Assembly (NCBI GenBank): GCA_016935455.1
Contig: JAFGQX010000061.1
Coordinates: 1 to 41,684 of the forward strand
Origin: Candidatus Micrarchaeota archaeon
GTDB lineage: Archaea; Micrarchaeota; Micrarchaeia; Anstonellales; Bilamarchaeaceae
Direction: 5' to 3'
DNA: 41,684 nt
The notes beneath the pieces are model-generated. The model was not told the origin of the DNA. It saw only the letters and a list, made by a program, of their open reading frames with translations, and did not search any database. Both the position numbers and the translations under genes were made by a program. Below, one piece after another: positions 18,699-27,259 of this stretch. Position 1 is the first letter of the stretch, and each line of letters opens with the position of its first letter.

Positions 18699-18786
18699 TG
18701 GGGCTATAGGGATTCGAACCCTAACATGCAGGTTTCTGCGGTTTATTTCTGGAGCCTACCGCGCTACCTGGTTACGCCATAGCCCC
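18699..18786 (-). tRNA. tRNA-Trp (anticodon CCA) with a 15-nt intron at the canonical 37/38 region
   Basis: The reverse complement folds as acceptor GGGGCTA/TAGCCCC + discriminator A, D-arm GCGT-AACCAGGTA-GCGC, anticodon stem GTAGG/CCTGC, loop CTCCAGA, and T-arm TAGGG-TTCGAAT-CCCTA. 15 extra nt (AAATAAACCGCAGAA) interrupt the anticodon loop. I could not trace a bulge-helix-bulge by eye. Confidence 0.85.
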
Positions 18787-18796
18787 GAACTTAGTG

Positions 18797-18836
18797 TGGG
18801 GCGACTATTGAACGAGCAGTTCAATATTGTAGCCCC
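18797..18836 (-). other. Acceptor-stem-mimicking hairpin (minihelix-like) 10 nt upstream of tRNA-Trp
   Basis: Minus strand reads GGGGCTA-CAATATTGAAC-TGCTC-GTTCAATAGTC-GCCCC-A. The first 7 nt and last 6 nt match the tRNA-Trp acceptor ends. The inner 8-bp stem (TATTGAAC/GTTCAATA) is perfect. Confidence 0.35.
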
Positions 18837-18909
18837 GCGTATGACGGGAAAGCGATTATTAGATATTTACTGTGCACATATTTTTAAAATTAGGGACTTA
18901 ATCTAATTT

Positions 18910-19320
18910 ATGAAATCAGCGACTTTTTATCTTACATTCAGCACAAAAAACAAAATTGAATTCATAAAAATAACTGACAAAATAGAGGATTTTGTAAAAC
19001 AATCAGGAGTAAAAGAAGGCATTGTCCTTGTAAATCCGATGCACATAACTGCTGCAGTAATAGTAAATGACAACGAATCAGGCTTAATTCAGGATTATAA
19101 AGAAACCCTTGAAAGGCTCGTTCCCTACGGTGCACCTTATCATCACAATGTGGGTGAAGACAACGGAGCTGCACATATATGGAGACAGCTGATCGGGCAC
19201 CAGGTTGTAATGCCCATAACCAAAGGAACTTTAGATTTGGGTCCCTGGGAGCAGATATTCTACTGTGAATTTGACGGAAAAAGGAGCAAAAGAGTCCTTG
19301 TAAAAATAATCGGGGAGTAA
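18910..19320 (+). CDS. YjbQ/UPF0047-family protein
   Basis: 136 aa with [15 protein letters not shown] and [38 protein letters not shown], typical of UPF0047. Confidence 0.85.
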   Translation: MKSATFYLTFSTKNKIEFIKITDKIEDFVKQSGVKEGIVLVNPMHITAAVIVNDNESGLIQDYKETLERLVPYGAPYHHNVGEDNGAAHIWRQLIGHQVVMPITKGTLDLGPWEQIFYCEFDGKRSKRVLVKIIGE

Positions 19321-19875
19321 ATGACACTTGAAGAAATTGCAGAGAGGATAAGACGGTGCAGAAAATGCCCTCTTTATGCCGGCAGGACGAACCCAGTTCC
19401 CGGAGAAGGAGATCCGAAAGCCAGAATAATGCTTGTTGGCGAGGCGCCAGGTGCAAAAGAAGATGAAACCGGAAGGCCCTTTGTGGGTGCCTCAGGTAAA
19501 ATCCTTAGGCAAACATTGGAAGGAGTGGGGATTAAGGAAAAAGAGGTATTTATAGGAAACATAGTGAAATGCAGGCCACCCGGGAACAGAAATCCTCATT
19601 CTTCCGAGGTTGAAATCTGCACCTCAAACTATCTGGAGAAACAGATTAAAGCAATAAAGCCGAGAGTTATTGTCCCTCTTGGAAATGTTCCCACAAATTA
19701 CTTTCTTAAAAAATATAATTTTGATATGCTGCCCATAAATTCCGTTGCAGGAAAAAGATTCAATGTCAACAATACTGTTCTTGTCCCGAATTTTCATCCC
19801 GCATATATTTTGTACAGGCGCTCCGTTTTCCCGAAGTTTAAATCCATCTTCAAAAAAATCTCAAAATTAAAGTAA
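19321..19875 (+). CDS. udg: Uracil-DNA glycosylase, family 4
   Basis: N-terminal CRKCPL cysteines, motif A VGEAPGAKED, FVGASGKIL, motif B FHPAYILY. Confidence 0.9.
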   Translation: MTLEEIAERIRRCRKCPLYAGRTNPVPGEGDPKARIMLVGEAPGAKEDETGRPFVGASGKILRQTLEGVGIKEKEVFIGNIVKCRPPGNRNPHSSEVEICTSNYLEKQIKAIKPRVIVPLGNVPTNYFLKKYNFDMLPINSVAGKRFNVNNTVLVPNFHPAYILYRRSVFPKFKSIFKKISKLK

Positions 19876-19906
19876 GATTTATATTTGTTAAATCAATATT
19901 CTCCTT

Positions 19907-20536
19907 ATGTCCATGCTCAAGGATTTCTCTCTTTTAGAGAAGTATAAATTCAAACTCCTCCCTTACAAAATTGCAAAAAATGAAGAGGATGCAGTTAAGC
20001 ATGCAAAATATATCGGCTTTCCAGTTGCCCTTAAGATAATCTCCCCCCAGATAACCCACAAAACAGATGTGGGCGGAGTGAGAATAAAAATAAAAAATTC
20101 CGATATGCTAAGACATGCCTACCGCGATATAGTCTCCTCTGCAGAAAAATCAAAGGCGGAGGTTAAAGGCGTGCTTGTCCAGAAAATGGCAAGAAAAGGC
20201 ATTGAACTCATAATCGGCGGAAAGGAAGACCCGCAGTTCGGCCATATGGTTGTTCTGGGCTTGGGCGGTGTTTATGTTGAAATATTCAGGGATATTACGG
20301 GGAGAATATGCCCCATCTCAAAGCAGGATGTTCGTGAAATGGTCGGAGAATTGAAATCCCATCCAATTCTTACAGGAGTTAGAGGGCAGAAGGCAGTAAA
20401 TATGAACACTCTTGAGGATATAATGCTTAAGACCTGCAGGTTTATGGAAAAGGAAAAGGTAAAAGAGCTGGACCTAAACCCCGTTATATTTGATTCAAAA
20501 GGTGCGGACATAGTTGATGCGAGAATCAGGAAGTGA
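19907..20536 (+). CDS. acdB: ADP-forming acetyl-CoA synthetase, beta (ATP-grasp) subunit
   Basis: GFPVALKIISPQITHKTDVGGVRIKI and ELDLNPVIF patterns. Confidence 0.85.
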   Translation: MSMLKDFSLLEKYKFKLLPYKIAKNEEDAVKHAKYIGFPVALKIISPQITHKTDVGGVRIKIKNSDMLRHAYRDIVSSAEKSKAEVKGVLVQKMARKGIELIIGGKEDPQFGHMVVLGLGGVYVEIFRDITGRICPISKQDVREMVGELKSHPILTGVRGQKAVNMNTLEDIMLKTCRFMEKEKVKELDLNPVIFDSKGADIVDARIRK

Positions 20537-20540
20537 GCCC

Positions 20541-21938
20541 ATGGAAAGAAAAATTAAAAATCTAAAATATGTTTTTGAACCTAAATCTATTGCAGTCATA
20601 GGTGCAACCAAAACTCCTTCCAAAGTTGGCAACGTCCTTCTGAAAAATTTCATAGAAGGAAAATTTGACGGTAAAATCTACCCTGTTAATCCCAAGTATG
20701 ATGAGATAATGGGTCTTAAGTGCTACTCGGATGTTTTAAAGATCAAAGGAAAGGTAGAGTCCGCAGTTATAGCGACCCCCGCAAAAACAGTTCCTTCAAT
20801 TCTTGAGCAGTGCGGGAAAAAAGGCATCAAAGGAGTAATCGTTCTGAGCGGAGGTTTTGCAGAATCCGGCAATACCGAGCTTGAAGAAAAATTAAAGTCA
20901 ACCGCAAAAAAATACAATATAGCATTAATCGGTCCGAACTGCCTGGGGGTAATCAACCCTTATTCAAGACTGGACAGCATATTTTTTCCGGTATTCAAAC
21001 TACAGAGACCAAAGCCGGGTTCAATTTCCTTTGTCACCCAGTCTGGAGCGGTCGGCTCCTGTATTGTGGACCTTGCCGCATATTATGGAGTCGGAATTTC
21101 CAAATTCATATCCTATGGCAATGCCTCTGTTTTGGACGAATCTGACATCATAGACTACCTCTCCAATGATGATTCAACAGAATCAATAATTGTATACATC
21201 GAAGGAACAAAAGACGGAAAGAAATTTATGGAAACCCTGGAAAAAGTAAACAAAATAAAGCCGATAGTTGTTCTTAAGGCGGGAAGGAGCGAAAAATCCT
21301 CCAAAGCTGCCTTTTCCCATACCGGCAACATAGCAGGAAACTACCTTGCATATTCCTCAGCATTCAAACAGACAAAAGTTATTGAAGCAAAAGATGTGGA
21401 GGAGCTTTTTGATTATGTTAAAATATTCAACCAGCCCCTTCCCAGAGGAAAAAAAATAGGGATAATAACTGACGGGGGCGGATTGGGTGTTTTAACCACT
21501 GATGCAATAGAAGAAACCGGCCTTGACATTGCCGATTTGGGCGAAGAAACAGAAAAAAAACTGAAGAAAATACTTCCCGCCTATGCAAATGTGGGAAATC
21601 CTCTTGACATCATTGCCGATGCGGACCCGGAACTTTATAAAAAATCAATAGACATTTTTATGGATGACCCCGGGGTAGATTTAATAATCGTCATAGTTCT
21701 TTTCCAGGCCCCTGCCCTTGATGAACGGCTTCTTGATGTCCTTGTAGAAGCTTCCGATGACAGAAGAAAGCCAATTGCAGTAGTTGCAGTGGGAGGTGAT
21801 TACACCCACATGAACAGAAAAATACTGGATACGTACGGCGTCCCAACTTTCGGCTCGCCGAGAGATGCAATCAAGGCCATAAAAAAATTCACCACTTATT
21901 CCCTGACAAGCAGATGCAGAAAGTGCATATTCAGATAA
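20541..21938 (+). CDS. acdA: ADP-forming acetyl-CoA synthetase, alpha (CoA-binding/phosphohistidine) subunit
   Basis: FEPKSIAVIGATKTPSKVGN, YPVNPKY, GPNCLGV and FSHTGNIAG. Start taken at ATG 20541, preceded by AGGAAGTGA. Confidence 0.9.
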   Translation: MERKIKNLKYVFEPKSIAVIGATKTPSKVGNVLLKNFIEGKFDGKIYPVNPKYDEIMGLKCYSDVLKIKGKVESAVIATPAKTVPSILEQCGKKGIKGVIVLSGGFAESGNTELEEKLKSTAKKYNIALIGPNCLGVINPYSRLDSIFFPVFKLQRPKPGSISFVTQSGAVGSCIVDLAAYYGVGISKFISYGNASVLDESDIIDYLSNDDSTESIIVYIEGTKDGKKFMETLEKVNKIKPIVVLKAGRSEKSSKAAFSHTGNIAGNYLAYSSAFKQTKVIEAKDVEELFDYVKIFNQPLPRGKKIGIITDGGGLGVLTTDAIEETGLDIADLGEETEKKLKKILPAYANVGNPLDIIADADPELYKKSIDIFMDDPGVDLIIVIVLFQAPALDERLLDVLVEASDDRRKPIAVVAVGGDYTHMNRKILDTYGVPTFGSPRDAIKAIKKFTTYSLTSRCRKCIFR

Positions 21939-22587
21939 GCTTCACAATCTTTTCTCTCCCCTTCTTTATTCTTTTAATCCTCCCGAGTGCCTCAAGCTCC
22001 GTCATAATAATGCTCATTTTGGGCTCAGAAAAATTAAGGACCTCTCTTAGCTCTTTTTGAAGCATGCGCCCTTCCTGTTCCTTTAATACCCTAATAACTT
22101 TTTCACAGTCTTCATCCATTGGTTCATTCTGCCCAGTTTCGGTTTCCTGTTTTTTTGGTCTTCCGCCCAGATAAAGCAGACCGATAAATATTGCCACTGC
22201 TGCAGCCCCGAGGACATAAACAACAAACAAGTCGGTTTCCCCTTCTATTTCAGGATATTCTTCTTCCTCAAGGTCATACTCCCCAGTAAAACTTTCAGGA
22301 AAGAGAACAAGGTCATACTTAACTTTTTCACCCTTCAATAAAACCTGTTCTTTTGTTGAATATTTTATCTCCCCGTCTTCATAATATCTGGCCTCAAGGA
22401 GATATTCTCCCGGCTCGGCAGAAATATTGTAACCTTTGCTGAAAACTGACTGGAAAGTTGTATCCCCGCTTATTTTTATAATCACGTTATCCATTGTTTC
22501 AAAAGTATCAGAATTGATTATTTTTCCTTCTATAGTGGTAGCATGTAGAAAAGTAAGAATAAACAAAAGTGCAATAACCTTTTTCAT
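21931..22587 (-). CDS. Membrane-tethered winged-helix transcription regulator with an extracellular beta-sandwich-like domain
   Basis: Signal/anchor MKKVIALLFILTFLHA, then a carboxypeptidase-regulatory-like ectodomain pattern and an acidic linker. TM helix LFVVYVLGAAAVAIFIGLLYLGG. C-terminal wHTH VIRVLKEQEGRMLQKELREVLNFSEPKMSIIMTELEALGRIKRIKKGREKIVKL. Confidence 0.65.
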   Translation of the reverse strand: MKKVIALLFILTFLHATTIEGKIINSDTFETMDNVIIKISGDTTFQSVFSKGYNISAEPGEYLLEARYYEDGEIKYSTKEQVLLKGEKVKYDLVLFPESFTGEYDLEEEEYPEIEGETDLFVVYVLGAAAVAIFIGLLYLGGRPKKQETETGQNEPMDEDCEKVIRVLKEQEGRMLQKELREVLNFSEPKMSIIMTELEALGRIKRIKKGREKIVKLI

Positions 22588-22633
22588 ATCTACGAATACA
22601 ATCTCAATATTTTTTAACCTTACTTCTATTTCC

Positions 22634-22654
22634 GAAAGTTTCCGGGAAAGTTTC
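22634..22654. promoter_or_regulatory. Twin 9-bp near-palindromes GAAAGTTTC-CGG-GAAAGTTTC between divergent TATA-like boxes (candidate operator)
   Basis: Exact direct duplication of GAAAGTTTC at 22634-22642 and 22646-22654. A-T-rich TATA-like boxes lie at ~22607-22618 (minus gene) and ~22655-22664 (plus operon). Confidence 0.4.
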
Positions 22655-22687
22655 TTTTTAAATACTGGTTGAGCTGTATCTCTGGTG

Positions 22688-23728
22688 ATGTTTGTGAAAA
22701 AATATCTATGTTTGATTGCGGTTCTTGTACTTTCCCTTGGTTTTGCACAGGGACCCGGTGCAGGAAACGGTTCTGTGGATGGACAGCAGGCAATGATTCA
22801 GGCAGAAGGACAGTCCTCTGTTTCTCCCTTAAAAATACAGATGCAAGAAAAGCTTAAGGAACAAGTAAATCAGAAACTTCAAAGCCAGATTCAGCGTATC
22901 CAGCAGATCAAAGAGAGAATCCACACTGCACAGGGACAGGTTTTTGAAATGTCCAAAGAGAAATATATATGCAGAGTTGATTTTTATCAAAATATGCTCA
23001 CAGCATGGCAGGAGTACGGAAATGTCTCGGATGAGACATTGAATAAACTTGAAGATGTAAAGACGACTCTTCCGGAGCTTGAAGACCGGACAGATTACCA
23101 AACTTATCTGGTAGATGAAGCCCGGCCAGCTCTGGCGGAATCAGCGCTTGAGCTCCACAATATTTATACGTACATAAACACCCTTGACCAGGAAGAGAGA
23201 GACAATGCAAAACTGCTTTATCAGGAAGCCCGCTCAGGATATACTGGGTGTATAAAAGAATCTTCTCTTGAACTTGCCAAAACAAGGGCGCAGTACGTAT
23301 ACGAATGGCAGGAAAAGGCAAAAAATCTTTCAATGAGCATGCAGAAAAAGGGATACAATACGGCAGGAATGATGTATGCAACAGAGCTGGAGAATCAGGA
23401 AGTTCAGGAAATAACTGAAGAACTTCAGACCGAAGATGATCCAGAAAAAATAGCAGAGATGGAAAAAGAGCTTAAGCAGATACAGCTTACACGCTGGGCA
23501 AGATTCAAATATGCACATACTTCATCAGTTCTTGAAAAGCTCAGATTCCCGGCTCAGCAGGCAGGACTTTCAGACGACGTTCAGGCGCTTGACGCAAAGC
23601 TTGAAGAAACCAACCAGTATCTTTCTCCGGCAACCACCCTTACTGAGGAAGAGTTTGAACAGGTTTACCAGAACCTTAACGGCTGTTCAGAGATGCTCAG
23701 GAATATGTTTCAGGAGATGAAGAAATGA
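22688..23728 (+). CDS. Secreted Q/E-rich all-helical protein, function unknown
   Basis: Signal peptide MFVKKYLCLIAVLVLSLGFAQG, then a long heptad-like helical sequence with no terminal anchor. ATG at 22688 preferred over GTG at 22685. Confidence 0.6.
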   Translation: MFVKKYLCLIAVLVLSLGFAQGPGAGNGSVDGQQAMIQAEGQSSVSPLKIQMQEKLKEQVNQKLQSQIQRIQQIKERIHTAQGQVFEMSKEKYICRVDFYQNMLTAWQEYGNVSDETLNKLEDVKTTLPELEDRTDYQTYLVDEARPALAESALELHNIYTYINTLDQEERDNAKLLYQEARSGYTGCIKESSLELAKTRAQYVYEWQEKAKNLSMSMQKKGYNTAGMMYATELENQEVQEITEELQTEDDPEKIAEMEKELKQIQLTRWARFKYAHTSSVLEKLRFPAQQAGLSDDVQALDAKLEETNQYLSPATTLTEEEFEQVYQNLNGCSEMLRNMFQEMKK

Positions 23729-23925
23729 ACACCATCTATCTCTGGATTGGTTCGGTTATCCTGCTTTCCGTTCTGCTCATGGGGTGTATTCAGGAACAGA
23801 AGTCTTCGGATACTTCCGTTACTGTAAACGGAGTTTCGGAGGATGACCTTCCCACCATAGAAGACCCCAGGTTGGAGTTTGAAGAACAGGAAGAGGGGGA
23901 GGTATTCACTCCTTCCTTTTCTTGA
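23725..23925 (+). CDS. Small acidic lipoprotein-like protein
   Basis: 66 aa with a lipobox-like VLLMGC after a hydrophobic N-terminus and a D/E-rich remainder. ATGA overlap with the upstream gene. Confidence 0.5.
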   Translation: MNTIYLWIGSVILLSVLLMGCIQEQKSSDTSVTVNGVSEDDLPTIEDPRLEFEEQEEGEVFTPSFS

Positions 23926-23957
23926 TTTTTTAGTAGGAAGAATAATGAGGTGATTTT

Positions 23958-24401
23958 ATGAAAAATAAGATATTAAGTATCTTTTTGGCTTTATTCGCAG
24001 TTTTGCTGGTAGTGGGTTCGGTTTATTTGTTTATCTCCTATATCAGCGAGCTGGGTGAAGGATTCATTACTTTCTTCAGTTCATCAAATATGCAGAAAAT
24101 GTCTTCTGCCCAGTGCGGGCTTGAAATTCCGCCTGAGTTTGAATCAATAAGAAGTAATCTTGCAGGCGTGATACTTCCGGCAATATACCTTGGTCTTCCC
24201 CTTCTGCTTGTTGCAATATCCCTTTTGATGTTTGGAAGCGGGTATTACTACGGGAAACATAAAACAATAGAGAAATATCATCTTGAAAAAAAAGTCAAGG
24301 AAGAAGTCAGGACAAAAGTCAATGAAAAAATGAAATCAGAAAAAGAAAAGAAGAAGCCCAAGAATCCGGAAGAAAAACCCGAAGAAAAAGAATCTAAATA
24401 G
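23958..24401 (+). CDS. Two-TM membrane protein with K/E-rich cytoplasmic tail
   Basis: TM1 ILSIFLALFAVLLVVGSVYLFI, TM2 ILPAIYLGLPLLLVAISLLMFG, C-terminal KEKKKPKNPEEKPEEKESK. GAGGTGA lies 5 nt upstream of the ATG. Confidence 0.6.
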   Translation: MKNKILSIFLALFAVLLVVGSVYLFISYISELGEGFITFFSSSNMQKMSSAQCGLEIPPEFESIRSNLAGVILPAIYLGLPLLLVAISLLMFGSGYYYGKHKTIEKYHLEKKVKEEVRTKVNEKMKSEKEKKKPKNPEEKPEEKESK

Positions 24402-24414
24402 TTAATGCTTTTTG

Positions 24415-24466
24415 GACCATCAGCGGGTCGCGGGGCGGTTAGTTCCGCCCTTGCGATTCCGCGTAT
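24415..24466. other. GC-rich nested stem-loop in a convergent intergenic spacer (terminator-like element or small structured RNA)
   Basis: GACC-ATCAGCG-GGTC hairpin, then CGCGG[GGCGG-TTAGTT-CCGCC]CTTGCGATT-CCGCG. Markedly GC-richer than its surroundings. It sits in the largest gap between convergent genes in the window. Confidence 0.4.
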
Positions 24467-24481
24467 TCATTTTACTTAAAA

Positions 24482-25348
24482 TTACATCATCTCTTCATAA
24501 GCCTTCCTTAAATCCACTTCTTTTTTGCTCTGTTCAAAGAATGTTCCTTTCTCCAGCTGTTTTACGCTTTCTTCATAGGAAGGTCCTTTTTCTCTATAGA
24601 ATATTCCAATTGGAATCTTTTTATATCCGGTTTTCTCATCCTCAAGAGCCTTTTCAAGAGCCTTATCCTTGTTATCCGGTTTATACCCCTCATCTTCAAG
24701 TTTGTATATCCTTTCCTTCCACCACTGGTAGGTATTAACTTTATTGAATGTAACGCAGGGCTGGAAAACATCAACAAGTGCAATTCCTTTGTGTTCTATT
24801 CCCGCTTTGATTATCTCTTTTAGATGCTTGAGTTCTCCTGCAAATCCCCTTGCAACAAATGTTGCTCCAGACGAAATCGCAAGTGCTATCGGATTAACCG
24901 GTTTTTCTATCACTCCCTGGGGAGTGGATTTTGTTTTTGTTCCTTTGATGGAAGTAGGCGAAGTCTGTCCGGTTGTAAGACCGTAAATCTCATTGTTGTG
25001 CACGATATAGGTTAGATCGTGATTTCTCCTCATTGAATGAATAAAATGACACATCCCTATCCCGTATCCGTCTCCGTCTCCGCCCATTCCTATCACGGTG
25101 AGTTTGTGATTTGCAAGTTTAATCCCCGAAGCAACAGGAAGAATTCTTCCGTGAATTGATTCAAACCCGTATGTATTGACATAATGTGGCGTTTTACCGG
25201 AGCAGCCTATTCCGGATACAATTACTGTTTCTTCCCTCAGGATCTTAAGTTCGTCCAGGGCCTGCTTTACCGCCATCTCTATTGCAAAATTCCCGCATCC
25301 CGGACACCACTGTTCCTTTATTTCAAAATTAAAATCTTCAACAGACAT
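24482..25348 (-). CDS. 2-oxoacid:ferredoxin oxidoreductase, beta (TPP-binding) subunit
   Basis: WCPGCGNF and GMGGDGDGYGIG motifs. 9 nt downstream of the alpha subunit gene. Confidence 0.9.
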   Translation of the reverse strand: MSVEDFNFEIKEQWCPGCGNFAIEMAVKQALDELKILREETVIVSGIGCSGKTPHYVNTYGFESIHGRILPVASGIKLANHKLTVIGMGGDGDGYGIGMCHFIHSMRRNHDLTYIVHNNEIYGLTTGQTSPTSIKGTKTKSTPQGVIEKPVNPIALAISSGATFVARGFAGELKHLKEIIKAGIEHKGIALVDVFQPCVTFNKVNTYQWWKERIYKLEDEGYKPDNKDKALEKALEDEKTGYKKIPIGIFYREKGPSYEESVKQLEKGTFFEQSKKEVDLRKAYEEMM

Positions 25349-25357
25349 TCAAACACC

Positions 25358-27190
25358 TCACAAACCATACTTCGCAGGATTATAATACTCCAAATCCTCC
25401 CTCTCATTTACATGTATAATCTCATTTTTTCCTTTGAATCCTTCCTTCTTAAGCTCTTCAACAACCTCCCGAACCTGTTCAGGGAAGAACTGCCTTCCGT
25501 CATATTTCAGAACAATATAATCAAATTCAATATCTGCATATTCCTTAAGCACTCCCGCATACTGCCCCGTTGAATTGTTTTCAAACATTATTGTTTTTTC
25601 ATATTTTGAAAGCACTTCCTGCACCTTCTCCTTGTCTACCGGGAACAAATAGCTGAAATGAACCACAGCCACTTCAATTCCCTTCTTCTTAAGCTCTTCA
25701 ACAGCATCAAGAAGGGGCAGTTTCTGCGAACCCCAGCACACAAGCGCCACTTTCGCATCCCTAGCTCCGTATATTTTGGGTTTTTTCATTTCCTTAAGAA
25801 TATTCTCAATCTTCCTGTTTCTTTTGTTTACCTGTTCAGCCCTCATACTGAAACTTTCAGTTGAATACGAGTCTTCTCTGTGTTCGTAAGAGCTTGCAAC
25901 GTGAAGTCCTCCCCTTGTTCCCGGAACGGGTCTTGGGCTTACGCCGTCCTTTGTAATCTCATATCTCTTGAATCTTTTTTTAGGTTCCAGCTCAGGAAGC
26001 CCTCCAGTAATTAATTTTCCCTTCTCAATTTTGACCTTCTCCTGTTCAAAAGGTTCTTCAGAAAAGTGTGTTTCCGCAAGGAACTTGTCGGTAAGAACCA
26101 GCACAGGAAGCTGGTACTTGTCGGCAAAATTAAATGCCTCTGCAGTCATAAAGAAAGATTCTTTTATATCCCCCGGTGCAAGCACTATCCTCAGGAAATC
26201 CCCCTGCGAGGCATTCAGTACAAATTTAAGGTCTGCCTGCTCCGTCCATGTGGGCATTCCAGTGCTCGGCCCCACTCTTTGTGCAACGTTAATCACTATC
26301 GGTGTTTCCGCAAGTGCGGCCATCCCAAGCGCCTCGCTCATAAGTGCAAAACCGCCTCCCGATGTTCCGGTCATTGCCCTTACTCCAGCGTAATTTGACC
26401 CTATTGCATAAAGAACTGCAGAAATTTCATCTTCAGTATGCTTTACCGCAATATTATATTCAGCCTCCTTTGATGCAAGATAATGCATTACAGTTGAGGC
26501 GGGCGTCATAGGATATGCAGAGTATATCTTCATTCCCGCTTTAATCGCTCCCATTCCCACAGCTTCATTTCCGCCCATAAAAAGTTTTTTATCGTGCTTA
26601 ATCACCTTCAACTTGACCGGAAACTTGTCTGCTTCATGGTGTTCAATAACATAATCATAACCTGCTTTTGCAACTGCAATATTCTGTTTAATTATTTCCT
26701 CCCCTTTCCTTGCAAACTCATCGGAAAGAACGCCATTCAGTTTCTCAAGAGGATAGCCGCACAATGCAAGTGTTGCACCCATTGCAACTGTATTTTCCAT
26801 TCTTGCAGTTCCGCCTGCTTTTTTAACCAGCTCCATATATGGAACGGGATAAAGCTTAATGTCCTTCCTGAGTTTAAACTGCGTTAAATCTATTGAGGAA
26901 TCATAAATTATCCCGCCGTTCTCATTTATGGAATCCTTGTGGTAGAATATTGCATCCTTATTGAGTGCAATAACAAGGTCGCATTTTTGAACCGGGGAAT
27001 TAACTTTTTTTTGCCCTACAATTACCTGATATACATTGTGCCCCCCTCTTATCAGTGAAGGATATTCGGGATAACCGACAACATGATAGCCGCCCCGCGT
27101 AAACACCTTTCCCATGCTCCTCCCGGTAAGGTTTGCACCCTGTCCTGCCTGCCCACCTATCCTAAAAACAAATTCAACCATCAATTTCAC
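25358..27190 (-). CDS. 2-oxoacid:ferredoxin oxidoreductase, fused gamma/alpha subunit
   Basis: N-terminal gamma-like RIGGQAGQGANLTG...SLIRGGHN followed by an alpha-domain pattern (YPMTPAS, GTSGGGFALM). 610 aa, the two-subunit OFOR architecture. Confidence 0.9.
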   Translation of the reverse strand: MKLMVEFVFRIGGQAGQGANLTGRSMGKVFTRGGYHVVGYPEYPSLIRGGHNVYQVIVGQKKVNSPVQKCDLVIALNKDAIFYHKDSINENGGIIYDSSIDLTQFKLRKDIKLYPVPYMELVKKAGGTARMENTVAMGATLALCGYPLEKLNGVLSDEFARKGEEIIKQNIAVAKAGYDYVIEHHEADKFPVKLKVIKHDKKLFMGGNEAVGMGAIKAGMKIYSAYPMTPASTVMHYLASKEAEYNIAVKHTEDEISAVLYAIGSNYAGVRAMTGTSGGGFALMSEALGMAALAETPIVINVAQRVGPSTGMPTWTEQADLKFVLNASQGDFLRIVLAPGDIKESFFMTAEAFNFADKYQLPVLVLTDKFLAETHFSEEPFEQEKVKIEKGKLITGGLPELEPKKRFKRYEITKDGVSPRPVPGTRGGLHVASSYEHREDSYSTESFSMRAEQVNKRNRKIENILKEMKKPKIYGARDAKVALVCWGSQKLPLLDAVEELKKKGIEVAVVHFSYLFPVDKEKVQEVLSKYEKTIMFENNSTGQYAGVLKEYADIEFDYIVLKYDGRQFFPEQVREVVEELKKEGFKGKNEIIHVNEREDLEYYNPAKYGL

Positions 27191-27259
27191 CTATCGGTAA
27201 TATTCAGGCTGAAAGATTTAAAATGAATACGAATACTAAATCGTCATTCATCGAAAATA

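Noticed and set aside
18699-18786. tRNA-Trp intron as a novelty
   Set aside because: An intron in the anticodon loop of tRNA-Trp is the standard archaeal situation. Only the upstream acceptor-mimic hairpin is reported as a finding.
18962-19456. 164-aa minus-strand ORF spanning yjbQ and udg
   Set aside because: It is antisense to two strongly supported genes and bridges their boundary. It is a Leu/Cys/Gln-rich shadow.
24415-24466. tRNA or tRNA-half call for the GC-rich element
   Set aside because: It has a 6-nt TTAGTT loop instead of TTCRAAT. No 5' acceptor strand complementary to the putative 3' strand lies nearby. Position 37 of the putative anticodon loop would be a pyrimidine.
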